Positions 22,941-32,452 of a DNA stretch of 64,000 bases are shown here, one piece after another. Numbering within the stretch: the stretch's first letter is position 1; each line of letters begins with the position of its first letter. The notes under the pieces were generated by a model that saw nothing but the letters and a program-made list of their open reading frames with translations, was not told the origin of the DNA and did no database searches. The translations under genes were made by a program, and so were the position numbers. Origin of the DNA: a phage; the sequence record PX994957.1; one strand, 5' to 3'.

Positions 22941-23597
22941 ATGGCTGATTTAAAAGTAGGTTCAACAACTGGAGGCTCTGTCATTTGGCATCAAGGAAAT
23001 TTTCCATTGAATCCAGCCGGTGACGATGTACTCTACAAATCATTTAAAATATATTCAGAATATAATAAACCACAAGCAACTGATAACGATTTCGTTTCTA
23101 AAGCTAATGGTGGTACTTATTTAAATAAAGTAATTTTTAATAAAGGAATGACTGTTCCTGGTGCTGGGTCAGGTGACAACGGTATTTTTGCCGGTCCTGG
23201 TGATAATGCCACATATGATACTACAAATATGGATATTGTCTCATGGTATGGTATCGGCTTTAAATCATCACAAGGGGCAGCAGGTAGAACTGTAGTAATT
23301 AACACACGAAACGGAGATATTAGCTCAAAGGGTGTAATTGAAGCATCACAAATACGCGCAACTTCGTTATCACCAGTAAATAATTATGACCTTACGAGAA
23401 AAGATTATGTTGATGGGGCAATAAATATTGTTACAACAAATGCAAACTCTAGAGTATTACGCTCTGGAGACACTATGACAGGAAATTTAACTGCGCCAAA
23501 CCTTTTTTCACAGAATCCTGCATCTCAACCCTCGCATGTTCCGCGATTTGACCAAATCGTAATTAAGGATTCTGTTCAAGATTTCGGCTATTATTAA
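22941..23597 (+). CDS. 36: long tail fibre distal connector gp36
   Basis: 218 aa; T4 synteny. Confidence 0.88.
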   Translation: MADLKVGSTTGGSVIWHQGNFPLNPAGDDVLYKSFKIYSEYNKPQATDNDFVSKANGGTYLNKVIFNKGMTVPGAGSGDNGIFAGPGDNATYDTTNMDIVSWYGIGFKSSQGAAGRTVVINTRNGDISSKGVIEASQIRATSLSPVNNYDLTRKDYVDGAINIVTTNANSRVLRSGDTMTGNLTAPNLFSQNPASQPSHVPRFDQIVIKDSVQDFGYY

Positions 23598-23605
23598 GAG
23601 GACTT

Positions 23606-26600
23606 ATGGCTACTTTAAAACAAATACAATTTAAAAGAAGCAAAACGGCAGGTCAACGTCCAGCTGCTTCAGTATTAGCCGAAGGTGAATTGGCTATAAA
23701 CTTAAAAGATCGTGTACTTTTTACTAAAGATGATCAAGGAAATATTATTGACTTAGGTTTTGCTAAAGGCGGTAGTATTGACGGGAATGTTATTCATAAA
23801 GGTAATTATAACCAAACTGGTGATTATACTTTAAACGGTACATTCACCCAGACTGGTAATTTTAATTTAACTGGTATTGCTCGAGTAACTCGTGATATTA
23901 TTGCTGCTGGGCAGATTATGACTGAAGGCGGAGAACTTATTACAAAAAGTTCAGGTACATCACATGTTCGTTTTCATGATTCAGCTGACCGTGAACGTGG
24001 AATCATTTTTTCTCCTGCTAATGATGGATTAACTACACAAGTAATTAACATCAGAGTTCAAGATTACAAAGCTGGTTCAGAAAGCACTTTCGTTTTTAAT
24101 GGAAATGGTTTGTTTTCTTCACCAGAAGTTTTTGGGTGGAAATCTGTATCAACTCCGGTAATTTATACCAATAAAGTTATCACCAATAAAAAAGTTAAAG
24201 ATGATTATGACATCTATTCGATGGCAGATAATGTTCCATTATCTGAAAGCACTACTGCTATTAATCATCTTCGTGTTATGCGTAATGCAGTTGGTTCTGG
24301 TATTTTCCATGAAGTTAAAGATAATGATGGAATAACATGGTATAGTGGAGATGGATTAGACGCTTATCTTTGGTCATTTACTTGGAGCGGCGGAATTAAA
24401 TCAAGTCACTCAATTTCCATCGGTTTAACACCCGGACCTAAGGATTACTCAATATTAGGACCGTCTAGTATCGCTTTAGGAGATAATGATACTGGATTTA
24501 AATGGCATCAAGACGGATATTATTTCAGTGTTAATAATGGCACAAAAACGTTTTTATTTAGCCCTAGCGAAACAACTAGCCTAAGAAAATTTGTAGCTGG
24601 ATATTCTACTAATGGAACCGATTTAACTACTCCTCCGACTGAAAACTATGCTCTTGCTACTGTCGTGACATATCATGACAATAACGCGTTTGGAGATGGT
24701 CAGACTCTTTTGGGGTATTATCAAGGCGGTAGATATCACCATTACTTTCGCGGAAGAGGAACAACTAATATTAATACTGCTGGAGGGTTATTAGTTACTC
24801 CTGGTAATATTGATGTTATTGGCGGTTCTGTTAATATCGATGGTAGAAATAATGCTTCTACAGCTCTGTTTAAAGGTAACACAACAGGTAGTAGTTCTGT
24901 GGATAACATGACAATTTCTGTGTGGGGTAATACATTTACTAATCCTAGCGAAGGTAATCGCAAAAATGTCATGGAAATTTCCGATGCAACTAGCTGGATG
25001 AGCTATATTCAAAGACTTACTACTGGTGAAGTAGAAATGAACGTTAACGGTTCATTTGAATCATCTGGTGTTACTGCTGGAAATAGAGGAGTTCACACAA
25101 CAGGCGAAATTTCATCTGGAGCAGTGAATGCTCTTCGCATTTGGAATGCAGATTATGGAGCCATTTTTAGACGTTCAGAAGGTAGTCTTCATATTATTCC
25201 AACTGCTTACGGTGAAGGCAAAAATGGTGATATCGGTCCACTTCGTCCATTTAGTATTGCTTTGGATACTGGTAAGGTTGTTATTCCAGATTTAGAATCA
25301 AGTTATAACACGTTTGCTGCAAATGGCTACATTAAATTTGCTGGTCACGGCGCGGGTGCAGGTGGTTATGATATTCAGTATTCACAAGCTGCTCCTATTT
25401 TCCAAGAAATCGATGATGCTGCTGTAAGCAAATATTATCCTATTGTTAAACAGAAGTTTTTAAACGGTAAAGCTGTCTGGTCTTTAGGTACTGAAATTAA
25501 TTCAGGTACATTTGTTTTACATCATCTAAAAGAAGATGGTTCACAAGGCCATACATCAAGATTTAATGCTGATGGTACAGTTAATTTCCCCGATAATGTT
25601 CAAGTCGGCGGCGGTGAAGCTACTATTGCTCGTAATGGTAATATCTTCTCTGATATTTGGAAAACATTTACTTCTGCCGGAGATACTACAAATATTCGCG
25701 ATGCGATAGCTACTCGTGTTGCCAAAGAAGGCGATACGATGACTGGCAAATTAATCGTTAGAAGAGGCTCTGACGCTATTAACATTGCTGCCGATGAAAA
25801 TGATTCTTGCTATTTACTTGGAACATCGGGTGGAGCGAATTCATGGTACATCGGTAAAGGAGGAGCAGATGACACTGCTTCATTTTATAATTTCAAAACT
25901 ACCGCAGGAATTACTCTTAATAGTGTTGGTGATATTGATTTTAACGTCAAAAATCAAGCTACTGCAGCTTCATTAAATTTTTATCGTTTATATTTAAATG
26001 GAAGACAATGGACAGCTACACAAGGTCACGGCTATAATAATCAATGGCAAACAGAAGCCCCATTCTTCGTTGACTTTGGTGAATCTGTTCCGAAAGATAG
26101 TTATATGCCTATAATTAAAGGAAGAAGCCAAATCATTAACGAAGGATATGCCACAAAGGCAGATTTTGGTATTATTCGATTGGGTGGAAATGCTACTTGG
26201 GGAAATGCAGTAATTCGTGTTGGTTCTGCGGAAAGCGGAGATAGCAGCCATCCTAATGCAATATTTGTGTTTCAGGCTAATGGTGATTTTAAAGCTCCGG
26301 CTGGCCTTCGTGCTGGTGTTAACTTGGGCGTCGGCACAATTCCAGTATGGGGTGGAGCATCTATCGCCATCGGGGATGATGATACCGGTTTAGTTCATGG
26401 CGGCGATGGTCGAATTAATATGTATGCTAACGCGCAGCATATAGCATCATGGGGCACGATGTATCAATCTCATCCAGGCCTTTGGGATTCAAATGGAGCT
26501 TTTTGGACAGAAGTTGGCAAAGCAATTATTTCTCATGGCCATTTAGTTCAGGCGAATGACAGCTATTCAACGTATGTCCGCGATGTTTATGTCCGCTCTG

Positions 26601-26932
26601 ATATTCGTGTTAAAAAGGACCTAGTTAAATTTGAAAATGCTTCTGAGAAGCTTTCAAAAATTAATGGTTACACTTATATGCAGAAGCGAGGCCTAGATGA
26701 AGAAGGTAATCAGAAATGGGAACCAAACGCTGGGTTAATTGCTCAAGAAGTTCAAGCTATTTTACCTGAATTGGTTGAAGGCGATCAGGATAGTGAAGCT
26801 TTACTTCGTTTGAACTATAACGGTGTAATTGGTTTAAATACAGCTGCAATCAATGAGCATACTGCAGAAATTGCAGAACTTAAGTCAGAGATTGAAGAGC
26901 TTAAAAAATTAGTTAAATCATTGTTAAAATAA
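23606..26932 (+). CDS. 37: long tail fibre distal subunit gp37 with C-terminal intramolecular chaperone (autoproteolytic) domain
   Basis: 1108 aa; C-terminal RSDIRVKKD ... LNYNGVIGL ... coiled-coil resembles S74-type self-cleaving chaperone domains. Confidence 0.9.
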   Translation: MATLKQIQFKRSKTAGQRPAASVLAEGELAINLKDRVLFTKDDQGNIIDLGFAKGGSIDGNVIHKGNYNQTGDYTLNGTFTQTGNFNLTGIARVTRDIIAAGQIMTEGGELITKSSGTSHVRFHDSADRERGIIFSPANDGLTTQVINIRVQDYKAGSESTFVFNGNGLFSSPEVFGWKSVSTPVIYTNKVITNKKVKDDYDIYSMADNVPLSESTTAINHLRVMRNAVGSGIFHEVKDNDGITWYSGDGLDAYLWSFTWSGGIKSSHSISIGLTPGPKDYSILGPSSIALGDNDTGFKWHQDGYYFSVNNGTKTFLFSPSETTSLRKFVAGYSTNGTDLTTPPTENYALATVVTYHDNNAFGDGQTLLGYYQGGRYHHYFRGRGTTNINTAGGLLVTPGNIDVIGGSVNIDGRNNASTALFKGNTTGSSSVDNMTISVWGNTFTNPSEGNRKNVMEISDATSWMSYIQRLTTGEVEMNVNGSFESSGVTAGNRGVHTTGEISSGAVNALRIWNADYGAIFRRSEGSLHIIPTAYGEGKNGDIGPLRPFSIALDTGKVVIPDLESSYNTFAANGYIKFAGHGAGAGGYDIQYSQAAPIFQEIDDAAVSKYYPIVKQKFLNGKAVWSLGTEINSGTFVLHHLKEDGSQGHTSRFNADGTVNFPDNVQVGGGEATIARNGNIFSDIWKTFTSAGDTTNIRDAIATRVAKEGDTMTGKLIVRRGSDAINIAADENDSCYLLGTSGGANSWYIGKGGADDTASFYNFKTTAGITLNSVGDIDFNVKNQATAASLNFYRLYLNGRQWTATQGHGYNNQWQTEAPFFVDFGESVPKDSYMPIIKGRSQIINEGYATKADFGIIRLGGNATWGNAVIRVGSAESGDSSHPNAIFVFQANGDFKAPAGLRAGVNLGVGTIPVWGGASIAIGDDDTGLVHGGDGRINMYANAQHIASWGTMYQSHPGLWDSNGAFWTEVGKAIISHGHLVQANDSYSTYVRDVYVRSDIRVKKDLVKFENASEKLSKINGYTYMQKRGLDEEGNQKWEPNAGLIAQEVQAILPELVEGDQDSEALLRLNYNGVIGLNTAAINEHTAEIAELKSEIEELKKLVKSLLK

Positions 26933-26936
26933 AATG

Positions 26937-26950
26937 AGGGGCTTCGGCCC
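26937..26950 (+). promoter_or_regulatory. UUCG-tetraloop hairpin between gene 37 stop and gene 38 RBS
   Basis: GGGGC-UUCG-GCCCC immediately 5' of GGAGG and the gene 38 ATG. Confidence 0.5.
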
Positions 26951-26963
26951 CTTGGAGGTTTAT

Positions 26964-27758
26964 ATGGCAGTTGAAGGACCGTGGGTAGGATGGTCTGCGA
27001 GGGTACAAACTGGAGACCCTTGGATGGGTGGTGCCGCGCAGAGATTGAGAATGGGAATTCCGTTTTGGATGAGTAATATGATAGGTCGATCTGTTGAAGT
27101 AATTCACACCCTTGGAGCGGACCATAACTTTAATGGTCAATGGTTCCGAGATAGATGTTTTGAGGCAGGTAGTGCACCTATAGTGTTTAATATTACCGGA
27201 AATTTGGTATCATATTCTAGAGACGTTCCTTTATTCTTCATGTACGGAGATACACCTAATGAATATGTTCAGTTGAATATTGGTGGCGGCGTCCATATGT
27301 GGGGTAGAGGTGGACAAGGTGGATGGACTCATTCCGGCGGAGATGGTAATGGTCAACAAGGTGGTCATTGTATTCAAAATGACATCGGTGGACGATTAAG
27401 AATTAATAACGGTGGAGTAATTTGTGGTGGAGGTGGAGGTGGAGGTGGTATCGCTTATCGTCCTCACTCTGGTGCAAATTGGCAAGATATTGGTGGTGGT
27501 GGAGGAAGACCATTTGGCCCAGGAGGAGGCGGAGGTTATTCCGGCGGCGCAGCTTCTTATGATGGCCCAGGAGGTGGTTATAATTATGGTAATGCTCACT
27601 CTGGCCAGGGTGGTGATGCTGGCGCAAATGGACAAAATGCCTGGTATGATGGCGGTAAAGTTCTAAAAGTTGGAGCTGGTGGCGCTGCCGGATATGCTGT
27701 TATAGGATCAGCTCCAACATGGCAAAATGTTGGAGTAATATATGGTCCAAGGGTATAA
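26964..27758 (+). CDS. 38: tail fibre adhesin gp38 (T2-type, glycine-rich)
   Basis: 264 aa from [10 protein letters not shown] with GGAGG RBS; several poly-Gly blocks. Confidence 0.85.
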   Translation: MAVEGPWVGWSARVQTGDPWMGGAAQRLRMGIPFWMSNMIGRSVEVIHTLGADHNFNGQWFRDRCFEAGSAPIVFNITGNLVSYSRDVPLFFMYGDTPNEYVQLNIGGGVHMWGRGGQGGWTHSGGDGNGQQGGHCIQNDIGGRLRINNGGVICGGGGGGGGIAYRPHSGANWQDIGGGGGRPFGPGGGGGYSGGAASYDGPGGGYNYGNAHSGQGGDAGANGQNAWYDGGKVLKVGAGGAAGYAVIGSAPTWQNVGVIYGPRV

Positions 27759-27789
27759 TTTTGAATAAATATCCTTAAAAGGAGGGTCT

Positions 27790-28446
27790 ATGGCAGCACC
27801 TAGAATATCATTTTCGCCCTCTGATATTCTATTTGGTGTTCTAGATCGCTTGTTCAAAGATAACGCTACCGGGAAAGTTCTTGCTTCCCGGGTAGCTGTC
27901 GTAATTCTTTTGTTTATGATGGCGATTGTTTGGTATAGGGGAGATAGTTTCTTTGAGTACTATAAGCAATCAAAGTATGAAACATACAGTGAAATTATTG
28001 AAAAGGAAAGAAATGCACGCTTTGAATCTGTCGTCCTGGAACAACTCCAGATAGTTCACATATCATCTGAGGCAGACTTTAGTGCGGTGTATTCTTTCCG
28101 CCCTAAAAACTTAAACTATTTTGTTGATATTATAGCATATGAAGGAAAATTACCTTCAACAATAAGTGAAAAATCACTTGGAGGATATCCTGTTGATAAA
28201 ACTATGGATGAATATGCAGTTCATTTAAATGGACGTCATTATTATTCCAACTCAAAATTTGCTTTTTTACCAACTAAAAAGCCTACTCCCGAAATAAACT
28301 ACATGTACAGTTGTCCATATTTTAATTTGGATAATATCTATGCTGGAACAATAACCATGTACTGGTATAGAAATGATCATATAAGTAATGACCGCCTTGA
28401 ATCAATATGTGCCCAGGCGGCCAGAATATTAGGAAGGACTAAATAA
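27790..28446 (+). CDS. t: holin T
   Basis: 218 aa; N-terminal TM segment; matches recalled T4 T. Confidence 0.93.
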   Translation: MAAPRISFSPSDILFGVLDRLFKDNATGKVLASRVAVVILLFMMAIVWYRGDSFFEYYKQSKYETYSEIIEKERNARFESVVLEQLQIVHISSEADFSAVYSFRPKNLNYFVDIIAYEGKLPSTISEKSLGGYPVDKTMDEYAVHLNGRHYYSNSKFAFLPTKKPTPEINYMYSCPYFNLDNIYAGTITMYWYRNDHISNDRLESICAQAARILGRTK

Positions 28447-28719
28447 TTATTTGTTCGTATACATCTCTAGATATCGATATACACCCTCAAAACCCTCGTT
28501 GAATTCGTCGATGAGGGTTTTCTTATCTTCTTGAGTTAATTCAGAAACAATTTTACGGAATGAATTCTGATTTAATTTTCTACCTTCATGCATTACTCCA
28601 ATCTCATTCAGAAATGCAATAAAATTAGCACGATTCTCAACAATATCTTCTCTGGAAAATTTAATCAAAATAGACGCAACAGTAATAATTTCACGAACTG
28701 TATCAATATTTTTATTCAT
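28447..28719 (-). CDS. asiA: anti-sigma70 factor AsiA
   Basis: 90 aa; matches recalled T4 AsiA. Confidence 0.92.
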   Translation of the reverse strand: MNKNIDTVREIITVASILIKFSREDIVENRANFIAFLNEIGVMHEGRKLNQNSFRKIVSELTQEDKKTLIDEFNEGFEGVYRYLEMYTNK

Positions 28720-28731
28720 TAACTATACCAC

Positions 28732-28884
28732 TCAATTAGTTGACTTTGTTATAATATCATCAGACGTTTGTTTTGTAAACTGGTCTGTGTTATTTTCTTG
28801 AAAAATTTTTTCTACGAATTCCTTGAACGACTCACGTTCCTGAGCTACATTATGCTCGATTACTTTTTCAAGATTATGACTCAT
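28732..28884 (-). CDS. hypothetical small protein, 50 aa
   Basis: own translation; ATG overlaps the arn stop (ATGA). Confidence 0.4.
   Translation of the reverse strand: MSHNLEKVIEHNVAQERESFKEFVEKIFQENNTDQFTKQTSDDIITKSTN
28750..28780 (-). promoter_or_regulatory. sigma70-type early promoter upstream of asiA
   Basis: minus strand GTTTAC-N18-TATTATAAC. Confidence 0.5.
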
Positions 28885-29159
28885 TCGAAATAATCTTCAA
28901 TTTCATAATCATGGACATAAATCATTATAGTTTTTAATACATCATCAATACTTTTTCCTGGAGCTGGAATTACGTAAAAATATCCTGCTTTTGAGAGGTC
29001 TTTATAAGTTCCAATCAAGAAATCATTATTCTCGAGATGTAGTTCTTCAACTAATTCATTAACAATTGAGTGGTATAAATTTGGTAGAAACTTATACAGC
29101 TTTTCTAGAATATCAATTTTGATTGTGTATTGAACCACAGACTGAGAATCAATAATCAT
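28881..29159 (-). CDS. arn: anti-restriction nuclease Arn (McrBC inhibitor)
   Basis: 92 aa acidic protein; size and position as T4 arn. Confidence 0.75.
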   Translation of the reverse strand: MIIDSQSVVQYTIKIDILEKLYKFLPNLYHSIVNELVEELHLENNDFLIGTYKDLSKAGYFYVIPAPGKSIDDVLKTIMIYVHDYEIEDYFE

Positions 29160-29242
29160 AGACCTTCCCCTTATGTTTCTGTTTGCGATTAGATTCTTTA
29201 AACGCTTTCTTCTTATCCTTATGAACAGAAGCTTTATTAAAA

Positions 29243-29461
29243 TTATGTTTTGCGACTAAATTGTTCATAATGCTGAATTACCTCTCTTAAACATTTGCAT
29301 GTGAATGAGAACTTTTTAGCTACACCACATTCAAATATATGTTCTCTTAAATCACGTATATCAGTATATCCCATCTCAACAATAAAATGCCTTATTAGAT
29401 TTTTATCTTTATCATTGAGAGAATTAAAATAATCAGATTTTGAATTAATTTCCCTGGCCAA
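29243..29461 (-). CDS. hypothetical protein, 72 aa
   Basis: ORF track. Confidence 0.5.
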   Translation of the reverse strand: MAREINSKSDYFNSLNDKDKNLIRHFIVEMGYTDIRDLREHIFECGVAKKFSFTCKCLREVIQHYEQFSRKT

Positions 29462-29741
29462 ATTGAATCACCTTCAGTTGACGTTTTAATTCTTTTATCA
29501 TTTCTTCGTTCATCGCAATATAAAGATCGCGTAAAGCAGGTTTTAGCATTCCATTTACCGGAGAACTAAATGGGCATACATAATCTTTTCCTACAAGCTT
29601 TTTGGTAAATTCCATATCACAAAATTTAAATGCTGGCTCATTCGCATAAATTCCCCAATTAGTTGACATCATTTTATTGGCATATTCCAATGCCTGAATT
29701 TGATTCATAATTCCATCGATTTGAAACTTTTTAATATTCAT
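29445..29741 (-). CDS. hypothetical protein, 98 aa
   Basis: ORF track. Confidence 0.5.
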   Translation of the reverse strand: MNIKKFQIDGIMNQIQALEYANKMMSTNWGIYANEPAFKFCDMEFTKKLVGKDYVCPFSSPVNGMLKPALRDLYIAMNEEMIKELKRQLKVIQFGQGN

Positions 29742-30202
29742 TAGTAAAGGTCCTCAGAGTAAAGTTCTTTTTCACTACCACCACGTTCAATACGTACTTG
29801 TCCAGCGTAAGTTGCAATAATCATTGCTTCTTCACGTGTCCAATAATTACTATATTGGTCAATAAACCCTTGGTCATCATCACAAACTTGTTGAGTAACT
29901 AATTGAGGTTTAACTACATCTAAAACTTCGGCCATATCTTTAGAATAATGACGAGCACCTGGAATAATAAGAGTTCGTCCATCTTTTAATTTAAAACGGT
30001 TGGCTGCGCAGACAATTCGTCGTTGATACTTTTGGTTTTCATCCCAATATGCAGTCTGCCAACATATTTCAGGAACTTCTTTTAGAATATCTTCTTCTGT
30101 GCATTTATAACCATGCGCTTTAAATTTTTCAGCAAGACTTTCTGGAGTTTCACGAGATAAAGGAACATTCAGCATTTTTAAACGATTGATAAATGGGTTC
30201 AT
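29741..30202 (-). CDS. hypothetical protein, 153 aa
   Basis: ORF track. Confidence 0.55.
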   Translation of the reverse strand: MNPFINRLKMLNVPLSRETPESLAEKFKAHGYKCTEEDILKEVPEICWQTAYWDENQKYQRRIVCAANRFKLKDGRTLIIPGARHYSKDMAEVLDVVKPQLVTQQVCDDDQGFIDQYSNYWTREEAMIIATYAGQVRIERGGSEKELYSEDLY

Positions 30203-30528
30203 TTAAACCATCCTTTAATACGTTGCCACAAAGTTTTCTGTTGAGCTTTGTTAACACCAATTGAGCGAATAACTGGTTGAGATTCCTGGAATTCTTTATA
30301 ATCAGCAAGGTAAATTTCGTAAGCTGCATCTGTAAAGGAACTTATCGCTGCCATGAAATTATTGCGAATACCTACTGGAGCATCTTTACTTTCACGAATA
30401 ATCATGTATTTACCAGTCTTAATCTTTACAATAGTTCCAAGATAAGCTCCATGGTACCAAATATCCCAACCCTCTTGAGTAGGTTCTGCACAACGACGAA
30501 GTTCATTGACAATTTCTAACTTGTTCAT
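30199..30528 (-). CDS. hypothetical protein, 109 aa
   Basis: ORF track. Confidence 0.55.
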   Translation of the reverse strand: MNKLEIVNELRRCAEPTQEGWDIWYHGAYLGTIVKIKTGKYMIIRESKDAPVGIRNNFMAAISSFTDAAYEIYLADYKEFQESQPVIRSIGVNKAQQKTLWQRIKGWFK

Positions 30529-30538
30529 TATTTATTCC

Positions 30539-31174
30539 TCACAGTTCAGATGCTACAGTGATTACAGCTTCAATGTTTTCTGCCGAGCGTTTAATGTCAA
30601 GATACACATTACCGTTTTTAGCGATTTTACATGACATTCCGATATCAGTAAATTTCTGAATATGATGTTCCATCATTTTGTATCCAAAAATTCGCATATT
30701 TCCATTGTTGTTAATTTCAAAATTACGAATTCCGTGAGTACGTTTTTCTAAAATAGCGAGATAGTTACTACGATAAGTTTCAACCTTTTTAAGAACAAAT
30801 CCATTTTCATCTAAAAGTTTTAACATGAGGTCTTTATCTTCTTCCATATCAGAAGTAATTTCGCGAGCTTTACGAGTTGCTCGTTTTTTCAGTAGTTCCG
30901 GAGCATTTTCCTGTGCGTATAAAGTTGCTGCATTTGAAATAATATCCTGAGCTTCACCAGTAATGATTAATCCATCACCTGATTTCTCCACCAGGCCTTT
31001 TTTAATCAACACCCCAATATTACTATTAACTACTGCGTTACCTAAATCTGGATGCACCTCACGAACTTCTGCAGCTGTAATGAAATCTTTCTTAGCAATA
31101 GTAATTAAAATCGCAGCAGTTTTTTCATTCAGAACATCGTTAGAAGCTTTGATGATGTAAGTTACTTTAGACAT
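30539..31174 (-). CDS. motA: middle-transcription activator MotA (intact)
   Basis: 211 aa; matches recalled T4 MotA. Confidence 0.93.
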   Translation of the reverse strand: MSKVTYIIKASNDVLNEKTAAILITIAKKDFITAAEVREVHPDLGNAVVNSNIGVLIKKGLVEKSGDGLIITGEAQDIISNAATLYAQENAPELLKKRATRKAREITSDMEEDKDLMLKLLDENGFVLKKVETYRSNYLAILEKRTHGIRNFEINNNGNMRIFGYKMMEHHIQKFTDIGMSCKIAKNGNVYLDIKRSAENIEAVITVASEL

Positions 31175-31215
31175 TTTCTAATCTCCGTAATTCTGTATCA
31201 GTAGTTGATAGTTGT

Positions 31216-31245
31216 ATAGTACCACAGTATGCTTTGGTTGTAAAC
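31216..31245 (-). promoter_or_regulatory. sigma70-type early promoter for motA with conserved leader box
   Basis: minus strand GTTTAC-N18-TACTAT; leader box gtagttgatagttgtatagtacca. Confidence 0.6.
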
Positions 31246-31271
31246 CGTTTTGTGAAAAAAAAAATTAAAAT

Positions 31272-31297
31272 AAAAAAGGGAGAGCCTCGGCTCTCCC
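31272..31297 (-). terminator. rho-independent terminator (copy A)
   Basis: GGGAGAGCC-GAG-GCUCUCCC followed by U6 on minus strand. Confidence 0.7.
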
Positions 31298-31302
31298 TAA
31301 AA

Positions 31303-31452
31303 TTACTGCATGACTGTGATAACTGTCATGATAACACGTTGAATTCCGAACGCAAGAAGACCTCCTGCTACGGCTGGAACAACACCTAAACCCGCCAGTA
31401 AAATGCTACCGGATACTAATGCAGCGCTTGTAATACCTATGAATGGACTCAT
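31303..31452 (-). CDS. small hydrophobic membrane protein, 49 aa (copy A)
   Basis: own translation MSPFIGITSAALVSG...; ATG overlaps upstream stop (ATGA). Confidence 0.5.
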   Translation of the reverse strand: MSPFIGITSAALVSGSILLAGLGVVPAVAGGLLAFGIQRVIMTVITVMQ

Positions 31453-32174
31453 TTGATTTCCTCTAAATCTTTAGTGTATTCGGTAACTACATTAGTAGTT
31501 TTCCAATATTCGTTTTCTTCTTTCTTAGCTTTAGCTTCTTCAGCAAGTTTCTTTGCTTCGTCGGAAGTCATATGAAAAATATTCATTCCAACTAGTTTAT
31601 CAACATAAGAAGAATACATATCGATTTTCGAAAGTTCTTCGGTCAGTTCTTTGCGAGTTTTACCCTGCACAACGATTTCACCTGAAATTACTTTCTTAAT
31701 GAAATGTGCCTTGGCAAAGGCTAAACGAAAAGCTGACTCAGTTTCTTTGATTTTGTTATCAATTCGTTTTTGGACATAAGTTTTACGAACTTCAACAAAG
31801 TCTTTAATTAAATCAAGTTTTAACATGAGGTCTTTATCTTCTTCCATATCAGAAGTAATTTCGCGAGCTTTACGAGTTGCTCGTTTTTTCAGTAGTTCCG
31901 GAGCATTTTCCTGTGCGTATAAAGTTGCTGCATTTGAAATAATATCCTGAGCTTCACCAGTAATGATTAATCCATCACCTGATTTCTCCACCAGGCCTTT
32001 TTTAATCAACACCCCAATATTACTATTAACTACTGCGTTACCTAAATCTGGATGCACCTCACGAACTTCTGCAGCTGTAATGAAATCTTTCTTAGCAATA
32101 GTAATTAAAATCGCAGCAGTTTTTTCATTCAGAACATCGTTAGAAGCTTTGATGATGTAAGTTACTTTAGACAT
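31449..32174 (-). CDS. chimeric ORF: MotA residues 1-120 fused in frame to gp52 residues 322-442
   Basis: 241-aa ORF; N-terminal half identical to motA, C-terminal half identical to the gene 52 3' end; lies on the duplication junction 31816/31817. Confidence 0.8.
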   Translation of the reverse strand: MSKVTYIIKASNDVLNEKTAAILITIAKKDFITAAEVREVHPDLGNAVVNSNIGVLIKKGLVEKSGDGLIITGEAQDIISNAATLYAQENAPELLKKRATRKAREITSDMEEDKDLMLKLDLIKDFVEVRKTYVQKRIDNKIKETESAFRLAFAKAHFIKKVISGEIVVQGKTRKELTEELSKIDMYSSYVDKLVGMNIFHMTSDEAKKLAEEAKAKKEENEYWKTTNVVTEYTKDLEEIK

Positions 32175-32215
32175 TTTCTAATCTCCGTAATTCTGTATCA
32201 GTAGTTGATAGTTGT

Positions 32216-32245
32216 ATAGTACCACAGTATGCTTTGGTTGTAAAC
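32216..32245 (-). promoter_or_regulatory. duplicate copy of the motA early promoter, now upstream of the chimeric ORF
   Basis: identical to 31216-31245. Confidence 0.6.
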
Positions 32246-32271
32246 CGTTTTGTGAAAAAAAAAATTAAAAT

Positions 32272-32297
32272 AAAAAAGGGAGAGCCTCGGCTCTCCC
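32272..32297 (-). terminator. rho-independent terminator (copy B)
   Basis: identical to 31272-31297. Confidence 0.7.
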
Positions 32298-32302
32298 TAA
32301 AA

Positions 32303-32452
32303 TTACTGCATGACTGTGATAACTGTCATGATAACACGTTGAATTCCGAACGCAAGAAGACCTCCTGCTACGGCTGGAACAACACCTAAACCCGCCAGTA
32401 AAATGCTACCGGATACTAATGCAGCGCTTGTAATACCTATGAATGGACTCAT
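32303..32452 (-). CDS. small hydrophobic membrane protein, 49 aa (copy B)
   Basis: identical to 31303-31452. Confidence 0.5.
   Translation of the reverse strand: MSPFIGITSAALVSGSILLAGLGVVPAVAGGLLAFGIQRVIMTVITVMQ

Noticed and set aside
26934-26963. ATG at 26934 as the gene 38 start (ORF-track start)
   Set aside because: It reads through the inter-genic UUCG hairpin and lacks an RBS; the ATG at 26964 has a GGAGG RBS and gives the expected N-terminus.
27400-27560. Short tandem ggtggaggt repeats, considered as a possible CRISPR array or VNTR
   Set aside because: Coding poly-glycine linkers of the gp38 adhesin; no spacer-repeat architecture.
27396-27666. His-rich and Val/Glu-rich ORFs overlapping gene 38
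   Set aside because: They are alternative-frame or antisense readings of the glycine-codon repeats (ggtggaggt) of gp38, not independent genes.
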